NCBI GenBank assembly: GCA_965242725.1
Contig: CBDESZ010000031.1
Coordinates: 64,001-128,000, forward strand
Direction: 5' to 3'
Origin: Alkalispirochaeta sp.
GTDB lineage: Bacteria > Spirochaetota > Spirochaetia > DSM-27196 > Alkalispirochaetaceae
DNA length: 64,000 nucleotides
The stretch's first letter is position 1, and each line of letters begins with the position of its first letter. The translations under genes and the position numbers were made by a program. Positions 41,788 to 51,716 of this stretch are shown here, one piece after another. The notes under the pieces are model-generated. The model was not told the DNA's origin. It ran no database searches and saw only the letters and a list, made by a program, of their open reading frames with translations.

Positions 41788-42558
41788 ATGAAAGCTCAAT
41801 CGATGAACCGGGTCGAAGAGATCAGGACCCTTTTAAAGAGAAACGGTAAGGTCTATGTCGCGGACCTGAGCGCAGAGTTGGGTGTGAGCGAAGTATCAAT
41901 ACGGAAGTATCTGTCCAGAATTGAACGGGAAGGGTTTGCAACACGATTTTATGGGGGTGCGGCGCTGAAAGATCCCGCTCCCGCAAACAACGCCTTGCAG
42001 GAAATCTACGATGATCCAATTCGAACGGCCCTTGCCCGGGCAGCACGTAACCATGTTGTAGACGGTGATTCCATATTTGTCGGTTCCGGTAGGTCGTGTT
42101 GCGCCCTGGCCCACGAGCTGACCGGGTTTACCGACCTGACCGTATTCACAAACAATATTACTGCCCTTCCGGAGCTTATTACCAACGCCTCACGGGTATA
42201 TCTGATCGGCGGGGAAGTCACCAGCACCGACAATCATACTTTGTTTTCGAGCTGGGAGTCGCCGCACGCACAAATGGAAAATATCTTCGTAAACAAGGCG
42301 TTTACAAGTGTGTCCGGAATTGACCTGAAAGCGGGACTGACCGTTGATTCCGTTATCAGCACCCGTATTTTCAAACAGATACCCACGATGGCGCATCGCT
42401 GGTATTTGATTGCCGATGTAAAAAAGTTTGACAAGATTTCGATTTATCCCGTCGCGGAGCTCGAACAAATACACACATTAATCACCGACACACTCCCGGA
42501 CCACTATGCAGAAAGACTTCGTGCGATTCGCGTCGAAATCGTTCAAAGTCCACGGTAG
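41788..42558 (+). CDS. DeoR/GlpR-family transcriptional regulator
   Basis: V.DLS..LGVSEVSIRKYL, R.YGGA, GDSIF..SG, VFTN, LIGG. Confidence 0.9.
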   Translation: MKAQSMNRVEEIRTLLKRNGKVYVADLSAELGVSEVSIRKYLSRIEREGFATRFYGGAALKDPAPANNALQEIYDDPIRTALARAARNHVVDGDSIFVGSGRSCCALAHELTGFTDLTVFTNNITALPELITNASRVYLIGGEVTSTDNHTLFSSWESPHAQMENIFVNKAFTSVSGIDLKAGLTVDSVISTRIFKQIPTMAHRWYLIADVKKFDKISIYPVAELEQIHTLITDTLPDHYAERLRAIRVEIVQSPR

Positions 42559-42571
42559 AAACCTCTTTCGT

Positions 42572-42618
42572 TTGACAGCTCCAGATTCCATGGATACAAT
42601 GTTCTTATTATCAGACAA
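42572..42618 (+). promoter_or_regulatory. sigma70 promoter of iolB2-iolD2 with operator-like motif near +1
   Basis: TTGACA (42572)-17 bp-TACAAT (42595), then TTATTATCAGACAA (42605-42618). Confidence 0.8.
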
Positions 42619-42659
42619 ATACGACTCGTCGCTCGGGCGGTCGTACTTGAGGAGGCGTT

Positions 42660-43514
42660 GTGATCATACGGAGGAATGGGGAACCCTTTTCCCTTGGATA
42701 TACTTCAATAACCGAGTTGGACGGGAAAAACGGCGACATGCTCATGGACTTTGGTATTCTCAAACTCGCCGGCGGCGAATCCGTTTCCAGCGATGACCAA
42801 AAAGAACGGGCTTTCCTGTTAATGACCGGGAATGTCCGTTTTCAATGGAGCGACCCCGACGGACATCAGTCGGTTCAGATTACACGGAACAGCGTCCTCG
42901 ATGAAGAGCCGACAGCCTTGCACGTGCCTGCGGGTGCCGACGTGACGGTGACGTGTATCGACGGGGAGGCAGAGATCGCGATACAGAAAGTCAAGAACTC
43001 CAAATCCTTCGCGCCCCGTCTCTGGCGTCCCGGAGACTACCGTTCAGACCGTTTTGGTGAAGGAACGCTTCAGGACACGAGCACCCGTACCGTTCGGACG
43101 ATATTTGACGCTGCGACTGCACCGGAAAGTGAAATGGTGCTGGGTGAAGTGATAAACCATCCCGGCAAGTGGTCCAGTTATCCGCCCCACGACCACGCCC
43201 AGCCGGAAGTGTATCACTATCGGTTTTTTCCGAGTCATGGATGGGGCCACGCCGAGCAGGAAGATGATGTCTTTAAAGTCAAAAACGGCGACAGTTATGC
43301 TATTCCGCCAGGTGTGACCCATTCGCAGTGTGCCGCTCCGGGATATACAATGTACTATATCTGGATGATTCCGCACCTTCCCGACGACCGTTTTGGTCCC
43401 GACTCGCGGATTTTTCGCAAGGAACACATGTGGGTTATGGATGGGGACGCTCCGATTTGGCCGGATGCGCCTCTCGAGACGGTTCTTGCGTATCAAACGA
43501 ATCTTAAACGATAA
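42660..43514 (+). CDS. iolB: 5-deoxy-glucuronate isomerase, second and divergent copy
   Basis: R.VRTIFD, LGEV...PG.WSSYPPH.H, EVYHYRF.P..G, H.QCAAPGY.MYYIW. Confidence 0.85.
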   Translation: MIIRRNGEPFSLGYTSITELDGKNGDMLMDFGILKLAGGESVSSDDQKERAFLLMTGNVRFQWSDPDGHQSVQITRNSVLDEEPTALHVPAGADVTVTCIDGEAEIAIQKVKNSKSFAPRLWRPGDYRSDRFGEGTLQDTSTRTVRTIFDAATAPESEMVLGEVINHPGKWSSYPPHDHAQPEVYHYRFFPSHGWGHAEQEDDVFKVKNGDSYAIPPGVTHSQCAAPGYTMYYIWMIPHLPDDRFGPDSRIFRKEHMWVMDGDAPIWPDAPLETVLAYQTNLKR

Positions 43515-43535
43515 CATTGACAAGATGAGGAGTAA

Positions 43536-45443
43536 GTGAAGGTGAAAACGGTACGATTGACGACCGCACAGGCGTTATTACGCTTTCTGGATAATCAGTA
43601 TATCGAGGTTGACGGCGAAGAGACCAAATTTGTCGAAGGTATTTTCGGGATATTTGGCCATGGTAATGTCGTCGGCTTTGGCGAAGCAATTGTCGAGACA
43701 GAGCATAATTTGATATTCCGCCAGGGAAAGAATGAGCAGGCTATGGCGCACGCTGCCATTGGGTTTGCAAAGCAGAATAATCGGCGAAAAATCTATGCGG
43801 TTACCAGTTCGGTTGGTCCCGGTGCCTTGAATATGGTGACCGCCGCAGGGACCGCGACGGTGAATCGAATACCGGTCCTCTTTCTTCCCGGCGACACATA
43901 CGCGGACCGACAGCCTGATCCGGTTCTTCAACAGGTAGAGCATGGGAACAATCCCAATATCACGGCGAATGATGCGTTTCAGGCGGTGAGTACCTATTGG
44001 GACCGCGTATCCCGTCCTGAACAACTCATGAGTTCTCTGATTAACGCCATGCGTGTACTGACCGACCCGGCGGAAACCGGCGCGGTGACGATCGGCCTTC
44101 CTCAGGATGCCCAAGCGGAAAGTTACGACTATCCTGAAGAATTCTTCCGAAAACGCGTTCACCATGTCGAGAGGCGCCCGCTGACCGACAATGCGATCCA
44201 GCGGGCGGCGGAACTCATTGGAGCAAGCAGGAAGCCAATTATGGTCTGCGGCGGCGGTGTTCGCTACTCCGAAGCCGGCGATGTGTTTGCGGCGTTTGCG
44301 GAGGAGTTTGGTCTTCCTTTCGGTGAAACTCAGGCGGGGAAGGGCACCGTATCGTGGGATCATCCGTGGAATCTTGGTGGTATCGGCGTTACCGGCGGCG
44401 AGGCCGCCAATGTGATTGCGAAGGACGCCGATCTTCTTATAGCCGTGGGTACCCGTCTCGGTGATTTTACCACGGCAAGTAAGGGAGCTTTTCAGAACTC
44501 AGATTTAAAAGTGCTCACTATCAATGCAAATAGATTTGACTCATATAAGATGGATGCAGAACCATTTGTGGCCGACGCCCGTATGGCGTTGACGCAGCTC
44601 GCTGAAGCCCTGAGGCACAAGAAGTACACCAGCGGATATTCCGATGAAGTACGCAAGGTTCGTGAAGCATGGAACGCTGAAGTCGACCGTCTCTATACAA
44701 CGGATGATCCCGGTGGACTGAGTCAGACCCGCGTTCTGGGAGAGTTGAACGAGAAATTGCTGAATCCGGACGATGTGGTCGTCAGTGCTTCGGGCAGCCT
44801 TCCCGGAGACATGCAGCGCGTCTGGCGGCCTCGCCAACGCGATACCTATCATATGGAGTACGGTTTCAGTTGCATGGGATATGAGGTAAATGCCGCATAC
44901 GGCGCCCAGATCGCAGCCCCCGACCGGAATGTGTACGCTCTTGTCGGCGACGGCGGATTTGTCATGCTGCACAGTGAATTACTCTCCGCGGTTCAGGAGG
45001 GCATTCCATTTACCATTATCCTCTTTGACAACCATGGCTTTCAGGTTATCGATAACCTGCAAACCAACCAGGGAATATCCAGTTATGCCAATGAGTGGCG
45101 GAAACGGACCACCGATGCGGTGAAATCGACAGTTCCACCCTACGGAGGGCACGATAGAAAGCTTCTGGGCGAGTATCTGGAAGTTGATTACGCCGGAATC
45201 GCGGCAGGATATGGTGCCATCGGCATCACGGTTCGAACAATTGAAGAGCTTGCCGAAGCGATCAGGTCAACCCGAAACGTCGGACGACCGGTGTTGATTG
45301 ATGTGAAAGTCACACAGAAATCGATGACTCACGGCTACGAAAGCTGGTGGCGCGTCGGCGTACCGGAAGTATCGGCAAGTACCAAGGTTCAGGAAGCCCG
45401 CAAGGACCTGGACGACCATATGGAGACCGCCCGGAAGTTCTGA
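43536..45443 (+). CDS. iolD: 3D-(3,5/4)-trihydroxycyclohexane-1,2-dione acylhydrolase, second copy
   Basis: IFGHGN, PDPVLQQ, YHMEYGFSCMGYE, GDGG, WWRVG. Collinear with 30206. Confidence 0.93.
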   Translation: MKVKTVRLTTAQALLRFLDNQYIEVDGEETKFVEGIFGIFGHGNVVGFGEAIVETEHNLIFRQGKNEQAMAHAAIGFAKQNNRRKIYAVTSSVGPGALNMVTAAGTATVNRIPVLFLPGDTYADRQPDPVLQQVEHGNNPNITANDAFQAVSTYWDRVSRPEQLMSSLINAMRVLTDPAETGAVTIGLPQDAQAESYDYPEEFFRKRVHHVERRPLTDNAIQRAAELIGASRKPIMVCGGGVRYSEAGDVFAAFAEEFGLPFGETQAGKGTVSWDHPWNLGGIGVTGGEAANVIAKDADLLIAVGTRLGDFTTASKGAFQNSDLKVLTINANRFDSYKMDAEPFVADARMALTQLAEALRHKKYTSGYSDEVRKVREAWNAEVDRLYTTDDPGGLSQTRVLGELNEKLLNPDDVVVSASGSLPGDMQRVWRPRQRDTYHMEYGFSCMGYEVNAAYGAQIAAPDRNVYALVGDGGFVMLHSELLSAVQEGIPFTIILFDNHGFQVIDNLQTNQGISSYANEWRKRTTDAVKSTVPPYGGHDRKLLGEYLEVDYAGIAAGYGAIGITVRTIEELAEAIRSTRNVGRPVLIDVKVTQKSMTHGYESWWRVGVPEVSASTKVQEARKDLDDHMETARKF

Positions 45444-45625
45444 CGATGTCCGGTAACCCCTGATCCCGTCCCGGGTCGGAACGGTGGCGGGGAGGGGGGC
45501 ACGTATCTACGACTGAAATTGCCGACGTTTTATCCGGACGGTCAAGCTGGTATCGGATTCTCCGACGTCGGGGCGAACCAATACGGGCACAAAACGCACC
45601 CGCCCACCACATTTCCCACAATAAC

Positions 45626-45667
45626 AAAAGAAAAGGCGTCGCACCTGTATCAGGTTACGACGCCTTT
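45626..45667 (-). terminator. intrinsic terminator of the transaldolase-ALDH operon
   Basis: AAAGGCGTCG..ACCTG-tat-CAGGT..CGACGCCTTT stem with a + strand A-tract (U-tract on the minus strand). Confidence 0.7.
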
Positions 45668-45694
45668 GAATATCTGTGGTCTAGGGTATTCAGA

Positions 45695-47083
45695 TCACTT
45701 TCCGTACGTTTCCCAATGTTTCCCGAATATTTTGTTTTCGTCGGGGATTACCGGAGGTATTGGTTTTGAAACCCACGTTACATTACGGAAGTGCCAGTAC
45801 GATATGTTCTCTGAGGTGATATTTCCTCCCCATGAACCACATCCAAGGGTGAGTGAAAAGGGCATACCGTTGTCGTAGTTGCCGCTATTGGCCGCACTTT
45901 GGGCCTGGCGTACCATGATACGGCTCACCGGAGCTTTCATTGCGAGTTCTTCCACTCGATCGTCCCTGGTTGTGTGAATACCGCATGAATGGCCGTAGCC
46001 GGAAAACCCGGTGATGTCCTTGACGTACTGGATCGCCTTTTGAAAACCGCTGTACTTCCAGAGGGTCATCACGACCGAAAGTTTCTCACCGGCAAAAAGC
46101 TCGTCTGGACCTACTTCTGATGCCTCCACCATGATAAACCGTGTTTCGGGCGGCACGGAAAATCCGGCAAGTTCCGCAATTTTGGGCGCCGGTTGCGCAA
46201 CGATCGCCCTGTTGAGCGCGTGCCCGTCTGGCCACATGGTGCGTTTCAGTTTTTCTTTTTCCTCGGGGCTGCAGAGATATCCATTGAGCTTCCGGAACTC
46301 CTCGAGCATTGTATCGTAAATGGTCGATTCTATGACGACCGAATTTTCGCTGGAGCAGCTCGTGGCGTTGTCAAAGGTTTTACCCAGAAAAATTTTCTTT
46401 GCGGCATCTTCCAGGTCCGCCGTTTCATCGACAATAACCGTGGCGTTACCCGCGCCGACGCCATAGGCTGGTGTACCGCTGGAATAGGCCGCCTTGACCA
46501 TACCGGGGCCGCCGGTGGCGACTACGAGGTCAACGGCCGCCATCAATTCCTGGGTCAGTTGCACTGAGGGTTCCTCAATCCACTGTACCAGGTCTTCCGG
46601 GCCACCCATTTTTCTGATACCGTCCCGGAGTTTCTGCGCTGCGAGACCGGAACAACCCTTACCGCTCGGATGCGGCGCAAAAATCACGGCATTTCGGTTT
46701 TTAAGGATCGACAGTCCGTTACAACCAACTGATGAAGTGGGATTTGTGACCGGAATGAGCGCACCGACGACACCAACGGGCTTGATTACCTTCATGAGTC
46801 CCTTTTCGGGGATTTCCTCAAGAATACCGACAGACTTTACGCCGTCGAGATCCCGCAGTGTTCCGAGAATTTTCTTCTGATGCTTGAGCAGTTTATCTTC
46901 GTATACGCCGAGCTTTGTCTCTTTATGGGCGAGGGTTGCACATTCAACGGCGCTCTCCTTTTTGTAGACTTCCCAACCCGCTGCCGCAACGAGCTCGTCG
47001 ATTTGTTCCTGCGACCAGGAATCCACTATTTTCTGGGCCGCCCGGGCGCGGGCCAGTTTTTCCTGAATGATACTCATGTTCAT
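45695..47083 (-). CDS. CoA-acylating aldehyde dehydrogenase (SauS/SucD-like), copy 2
   Basis: KPVGVVG..PVTNP, GVGAGN, KTFDNATSCSSENS, EKLS, GHSCGIH, LGCGSWGGN. Confidence 0.9.
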   Translation of the reverse strand: MNMSIIQEKLARARAAQKIVDSWSQEQIDELVAAAGWEVYKKESAVECATLAHKETKLGVYEDKLLKHQKKILGTLRDLDGVKSVGILEEIPEKGLMKVIKPVGVVGALIPVTNPTSSVGCNGLSILKNRNAVIFAPHPSGKGCSGLAAQKLRDGIRKMGGPEDLVQWIEEPSVQLTQELMAAVDLVVATGGPGMVKAAYSSGTPAYGVGAGNATVIVDETADLEDAAKKIFLGKTFDNATSCSSENSVVIESTIYDTMLEEFRKLNGYLCSPEEKEKLKRTMWPDGHALNRAIVAQPAPKIAELAGFSVPPETRFIMVEASEVGPDELFAGEKLSVVMTLWKYSGFQKAIQYVKDITGFSGYGHSCGIHTTRDDRVEELAMKAPVSRIMVRQAQSAANSGNYDNGMPFSLTLGCGSWGGNITSENISYWHFRNVTWVSKPIPPVIPDENKIFGKHWETYGK

Positions 47084-47161
47084 ACTCCTCAATAACACGC
47101 GCGCGACCGGCTGCCGATGGCGACAAATCGCGAGCGTTCATAATCCTATTGCGTTATCCGG

Positions 47162-48250
47162 TTATTTGTCCGGATTTGGAACCATAAGGTCACGGATGAT
47201 ACGGCAGAGTTCGTCGTACCCGCCGATGAACTGTCTGAGCGTACGCGCCGTTGCACCATACGAGTCAAATTCTTCCGGTTTCATACCGTCCGGTTCATAT
47301 GCCCGTCGGAAGTCGACAAACTTCTTAGAGAGTTCTTTCACGATCGCCGGGTCAACCGGAGTGTGAATCCGGTCCCTGCGGTCCTTTACGGTCACATCGG
47401 ATTCGTTAAACCGTTTTGCCCATTTGTACGGGATTGTACAAACGACGTCACCACCGATGAACTCTGACCAGTGATAGTGGTTGCGATATGCAGCCGCCAA
47501 TAGACGTGTGCGATATCCGCGCTCTTCATATATCCGGTACGCGTTCTTGAACACCGCAACACCCGCCCACTCCAGGTAGTCCGCGTTGGTGATAATATTT
47601 TCCTTATTGGCAATTACTTTCAGCCAATCGTCCGTGCGTCCGACCATAATTGTACACACCGGCGCCATCGTTGAGATGTCGTGTCCGTCCGCTTCTCGGC
47701 GCGTTAATCCCCGTTCCACCGCTTCGGCGACGGCAATCGCCTGAGGCGCGGTAAATGACACCGTCGCGTTTACGCTCACTCCGTAATACGTTGCCTCTTC
47801 GATAGCTTTTACACCCGCCTCGGTGACCGGCATTTTCACGTTGAGATTAGGGATGACCTCGGCAAAATGGAGAGCCTGTTTTACCATTGCGTCGGCGTCA
47901 CGGTAAAACTTGGCGTTGGTTTGCATGGAAAGTCGGCCTTTTTTGCCGTTTGTTGCCTTGAATGTCGGCTCCAGGAGCTTTGCCGCTTTCACGGCCATCT
48001 CGTCTATCAACTTCCAGGCAATGTCGTCTTCCGTTGCGGTGGGCATTTCCGTGATAAGATCCCGGATTCTGCCCTCCCAGGCGGCGTAGTCTTTTTGAAG
48101 CACATTTACCACAATCACGGGATTGGTCGTAGCCCCTACCGCGCCATGTTCAATTCCATATTCCAGTTCGGAAATAGAACTGGAATCATTCCAATAATCG
48201 GTCGGTGTGGTCTCGCTCATCTCGTGCAGCGGACTTTTAAAGTCGCCCAT
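47162..48250 (-). CDS. transaldolase-family protein (non-canonical active site)
   Basis: W.DS, GATTNP, Schiff-base VKMP, VNATVSF, VGR.DD, YRN. Confidence 0.85.
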   Translation of the reverse strand: MGDFKSPLHEMSETTPTDYWNDSSSISELEYGIEHGAVGATTNPVIVVNVLQKDYAAWEGRIRDLITEMPTATEDDIAWKLIDEMAVKAAKLLEPTFKATNGKKGRLSMQTNAKFYRDADAMVKQALHFAEVIPNLNVKMPVTEAGVKAIEEATYYGVSVNATVSFTAPQAIAVAEAVERGLTRREADGHDISTMAPVCTIMVGRTDDWLKVIANKENIITNADYLEWAGVAVFKNAYRIYEERGYRTRLLAAAYRNHYHWSEFIGGDVVCTIPYKWAKRFNESDVTVKDRRDRIHTPVDPAIVKELSKKFVDFRRAYEPDGMKPEEFDSYGATARTLRQFIGGYDELCRIIRDLMVPNPDK

Positions 48251-48318
48251 AAACTCTCCTCCGTGGTCTGTTTATACACTGAACCGGAACGTCAGTATAA
48301 AATTATAAGAAAAACCGT

Positions 48319-48404
48319 TGATCAGACAAAAGAATTATATCATATCGCGTTGGCGTGTCAACAAAATTAGCTGTTGTTCAGTTAATCACATTGTCTGATA
48401 ATAA
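48319..48404 (-). promoter_or_regulatory. promoter of the transaldolase-ALDH operon flanked by two operator-like motifs
   Basis: Minus-strand TTGACA (48361-48356)-16 bp-TATAAT (48339-48334) with extended TG. TGATCAGACAA at 48319 and TTGTCTGATAATAA at 48391. Confidence 0.75.
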
Positions 48405-48444
48405 CAGACCGTTCGAAAAAACCAGTCTAAGGTCTCGTTGAGGA

Positions 48445-49168
48445 GTGACGTGCGACAAATCGCGAAGCAGTTCAGCACATGAATTCATACGGGAGCAAGT
48501 CTCTTTCGCGGTGGTGAAGAACGCGTCAATCAACAACATGACAAGGGAAAGCTCACCGCCCGGGAGCGGTATCACCTCATTTCGGTACGCTACGAAGCAG
48601 GAATGTATGGACGGTGTCCGGCGCCTCCTATCGTATATTCCTTCCTCAAACCAGGAACAACTACCCATTGTGCCCACGGAAGATTCCGTTGATCGAACCA
48701 CGCCTGAATTGTTGGAAATGGTACCGGACGAGGAGCGACGCGGTTATGACGTCCGGAATGTAATTGCATCGGTCTTTGATCGTGAGAGCTTCATGGAGGT
48801 CCATCGAGACTATGCACCAAATGTGGTTATTGGATTTGCCCGTCTGGCAGGCCGAACGTTGGGGATCTTTGCAAATCAACCGAACCTGCTTGCGACTGCG
48901 CTGGACATCAACTTCAACGATAAAAGCGTCCGTTTTATCCGGTTCTGAGACGCATTCAACGTTCCGATCATTTCCCTTGTCGACGTTCCCGGTTTTCTGC
49001 CCGGTATCGGCGGACATTGCCGTGATGGGTGCCGAAGGTGCTGCCGATATACTCTTTCGGCGGGAAATCGCTGATGCGGAAGATCCGGAAACGACCAGGG
49101 CGGAAAAAATACGGGAGTGTAAAGAGGAGGTGTTGGATACGTCTTTCTCACCTCCGGGGCTGGAATGA
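48445..49168 (+). pseudogene. decayed acyl-CoA carboxyltransferase (PccB/MmdA-like) remnant
   Basis: Fragments GGEERVNQQHDKGKLTARER, LLSYIPSSN..YDVR.VI..GFARL.G..ANQP..RFIRF*DAFNVP..VDVPGFLPG and IAVMGAEGAADILFR, with a stop codon and large deletions. Confidence 0.85.
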
Positions 49169-49717
49169 GCGTCGTGTTTTTCGAATTGATTTTTCTACGT
49201 TTCATGATGCTGATGATTCGGATCATATGTGCCGATCGCCCTGCCGATCGCCCTGGCGGTCGGTCACACCGGGAACAGAGTAGTGTATCTCAATGAAGAA
49301 GAAGGGCTGCGCGCCCCAGCGGCATCCCCTGGGTTACCCGCCGAATTGGACAGTGAGGCGAAAAGAGAAACTTTGAAACGGGAATTACGTTTCAGGTCGG
49401 TGACCGTGAGGTTACCGTAGAATGATAGGGGGCGGTGTACTTCTGGCCTTTTTAGGGATTGCACGCAAGTATGAACCACTGCTCCTTGTACCTATCGGAT
49501 CTGGCCCGCTCCCTGCCAGGCCATATACCTTTCTCCTCGGCGCGGCGTATCGTTATTAGGCCTTTGTCCCGGTCATACAACCACCGATTATCAAGTTGCT
49601 GACGACTGCGGAACAGCGAAAAATCGTCATGGGTGATGTCACCATCATGCGTGGCGGTCACGAAAGTGAAGATCGTACCGGGAGCGAAAAACCACCACGC
49701 TCCCGGTGACGCACCGT

Positions 49718-50779
49718 CTACGTAAGCTCTTCATCAAAGACGACGGCGACCTTGCCGCATTTTCCCGTCGCCATGAGGGAGTACGCCTCATCGGCCTTTT
49801 CAAGAGGAAAGCGGTGGGTTACCAGGTCTTCGGGATGAATGTTCCACCGAACCAGCCGTTCCACGAGGTCTTCCATACGGCCGATTGAGGTGACCCAGGA
49901 GCCGTAGATCGTTTTCTGGTCGTGAATGATGTCGGGGCTTGGGTTGAATTTGACTTCACCGCCTTCACCGATGAAGACGATTTTCCCCCATTGCCGGGCG
50001 GCCCGGATCGCCAGCGCTCTTCCGTCGGGATGGGCGGAACAGTCTACGGTCTTTTCAAAACCCCGTCCGCGGGTCAGCTTTTTCACCGCTTCAAGGGCGT
50101 CCGGGCCGGCTTTGACGATATGGTCGGCGAGGCCCGTCTCCCTTGCGATCTCTATACGCCGGTCGTTCACCTCCACGCCGACGAGCTGGTTTGCCCCCAT
50201 CGCCCGCGCCAGCATGAGCGCCGCGAGCCCTACAGGTCCAAGGCCGACGACGAGTACCGCGTCGTTACCCGATATACCTATTTTTTCCAGCCCTTCATAG
50301 ACCGTCCCAAAACCACATGCGACTTGTGCGCCGTCGGTATAGGTGAGTTCCTCCGGCAGCTCGACAAGATCCTTCTCGTCCGCCAGAAGATAACTCGCCA
50401 TGCCTCCGTCACGTTGCCAGCCGTATGCAGCCCGCAGGGGACTGCTGCATGAGATCATATACCCCTGCCGGCAGTCATGACATACGCCGCATCCGGAAAT
50501 GTGGTAGACGATAACCCGGTCTCCCTCCTTGAACCGTTTGAGTCCGGGGCCGATCGCAACGATCTGCCCCGCAGGTTCATGACCGGCAATGACATTCTGA
50601 TACGCTTCCGGTCCCTTGCCGAGATGTTCCCGGTATATCGCCCTGATGTCTGAACCGCAAATTGTAGATGCTTTCACCTTGATCAGGGCCTGGCCGTGGC
50701 CGGGGGTTGGTACGTCAAATTCCTTGAATTGTACGGTACTGTTCCCCGGGAGAACGGCGCCGATCATCGTACGTTCCAT
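49718..50779 (-). CDS. Zn-dependent polyol dehydrogenase
   Basis: [24 protein letters not shown]. Confidence 0.9.
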   Translation of the reverse strand: MERTMIGAVLPGNSTVQFKEFDVPTPGHGQALIKVKASTICGSDIRAIYREHLGKGPEAYQNVIAGHEPAGQIVAIGPGLKRFKEGDRVIVYHISGCGVCHDCRQGYMISCSSPLRAAYGWQRDGGMASYLLADEKDLVELPEELTYTDGAQVACGFGTVYEGLEKIGISGNDAVLVVGLGPVGLAALMLARAMGANQLVGVEVNDRRIEIARETGLADHIVKAGPDALEAVKKLTRGRGFEKTVDCSAHPDGRALAIRAARQWGKIVFIGEGGEVKFNPSPDIIHDQKTIYGSWVTSIGRMEDLVERLVRWNIHPEDLVTHRFPLEKADEAYSLMATGKCGKVAVVFDEELT

Positions 50780-50842
50780 AGTTACCTTCTCTCCCTTGTT
50801 AAGTATTGCTCGATTGCCCTGTCAACGGCCCGCGCCGGGAAG

Positions 50843-51640
50843 TTACCAGGCGCAGTACCCGCCGTCTATCAACATGTCCGCACCGGTCATATAGTCGGAA
50901 ACCTCCGCAGCGAGATAGACCGCCGCACCCTGAAGATCTTCCGTTGTCGCCATGCGCCCCATGGGGATGCGCTCAAGCCACTTGGGAAGCATCGACTGTC
51001 CCTCGGGACTTTCAAGGAGTTTTTCAACCAGTGCGGTTTTTGTGTACCCCGGGCTGATGCTGTTGACCCGAATCCCCCGGTCGGCCCACTCCGCGGCAAG
51101 GCTGCGTGTCATGTGAAGCACCCCCGCTTTCGTTGCGTTATAGGCGACCTGTTTCTGCGGCGTATTGGAGATGTGGGCGGACATTGAGGCGGTATTTATC
51201 ATCTTGCCGTATCCCGCCTGGAGCATGACTTCACTTTCCGCCTGGGCACAGAGAAACACGCCGTTGAGATTGAGATCGACAATCTTTTTCCATTCTCCGT
51301 AGTCCATCGTTTCCGCGGGTCGCCACAGTCCCATGCCGGCGTTGTTCACCGCAATGGTGAGGGTGCCCCACGTTTCCATGACCGTCTGCACCATCTTTTT
51401 GACATCGTCCTGATTGGTAACGTCGGTGACGATGGAGATCGCGTCGATACCTTTGTTTGCGAGTTCATTGACGACCGTTGAAGCCGATGCCTCGTCGCGA
51501 TCGACGACGGCGATACGTGCTCCCGCTTCTCCGAGGGCGTGACAGAAACTCCTTCCGATACCTTGCCCGCCACCCGTCACCAGGGCGGTTCTCCCATCGA
51601 GGCGAAACCTGTCGAGAATACTCGTGCCTTCTCTCTCCAT
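50843..51640 (-). CDS. SDR polyol dehydrogenase (sorbose reductase / arabitol 2-dehydrogenase-like)
   Basis: [36 protein letters not shown]. Confidence 0.88.
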   Translation of the reverse strand: MEREGTSILDRFRLDGRTALVTGGGQGIGRSFCHALGEAGARIAVVDRDEASASTVVNELANKGIDAISIVTDVTNQDDVKKMVQTVMETWGTLTIAVNNAGMGLWRPAETMDYGEWKKIVDLNLNGVFLCAQAESEVMLQAGYGKMINTASMSAHISNTPQKQVAYNATKAGVLHMTRSLAAEWADRGIRVNSISPGYTKTALVEKLLESPEGQSMLPKWLERIPMGRMATTEDLQGAAVYLAAEVSDYMTGADMLIDGGYCAW

Positions 51641-51716
51641 CAAATCTGCTCCTTTCGTTATGCGTGCATCCGCTTCCTGAATACGCGGCCGGACGGTACC
51701 GGGCCGTGTCTTCCCA

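Noticed and set aside
45444..45625. Possible structured RNA between iolD2 and ALDH2
   Set aside because: Only weak GC-rich hairpins and no recognisable RNA family.
36017..48250. Sulfoquinovose (sulfo-TK or sulfo-TAL) catabolism, suggested by the split transketolase, transaldolase, SauS-like ALDHs and TauE
   Set aside because: No sulfoquinovosidase or sulfoquinovose isomerase is recognisable, the genes are interleaved with iolB/iolD, and one operon shares the iol operator motif. Not formally excluded.
49452..49661. Short ORF downstream of the Zn dehydrogenase
   Set aside because: No recognisable family or clear RBS. It may be a gene remnant but cannot be supported.
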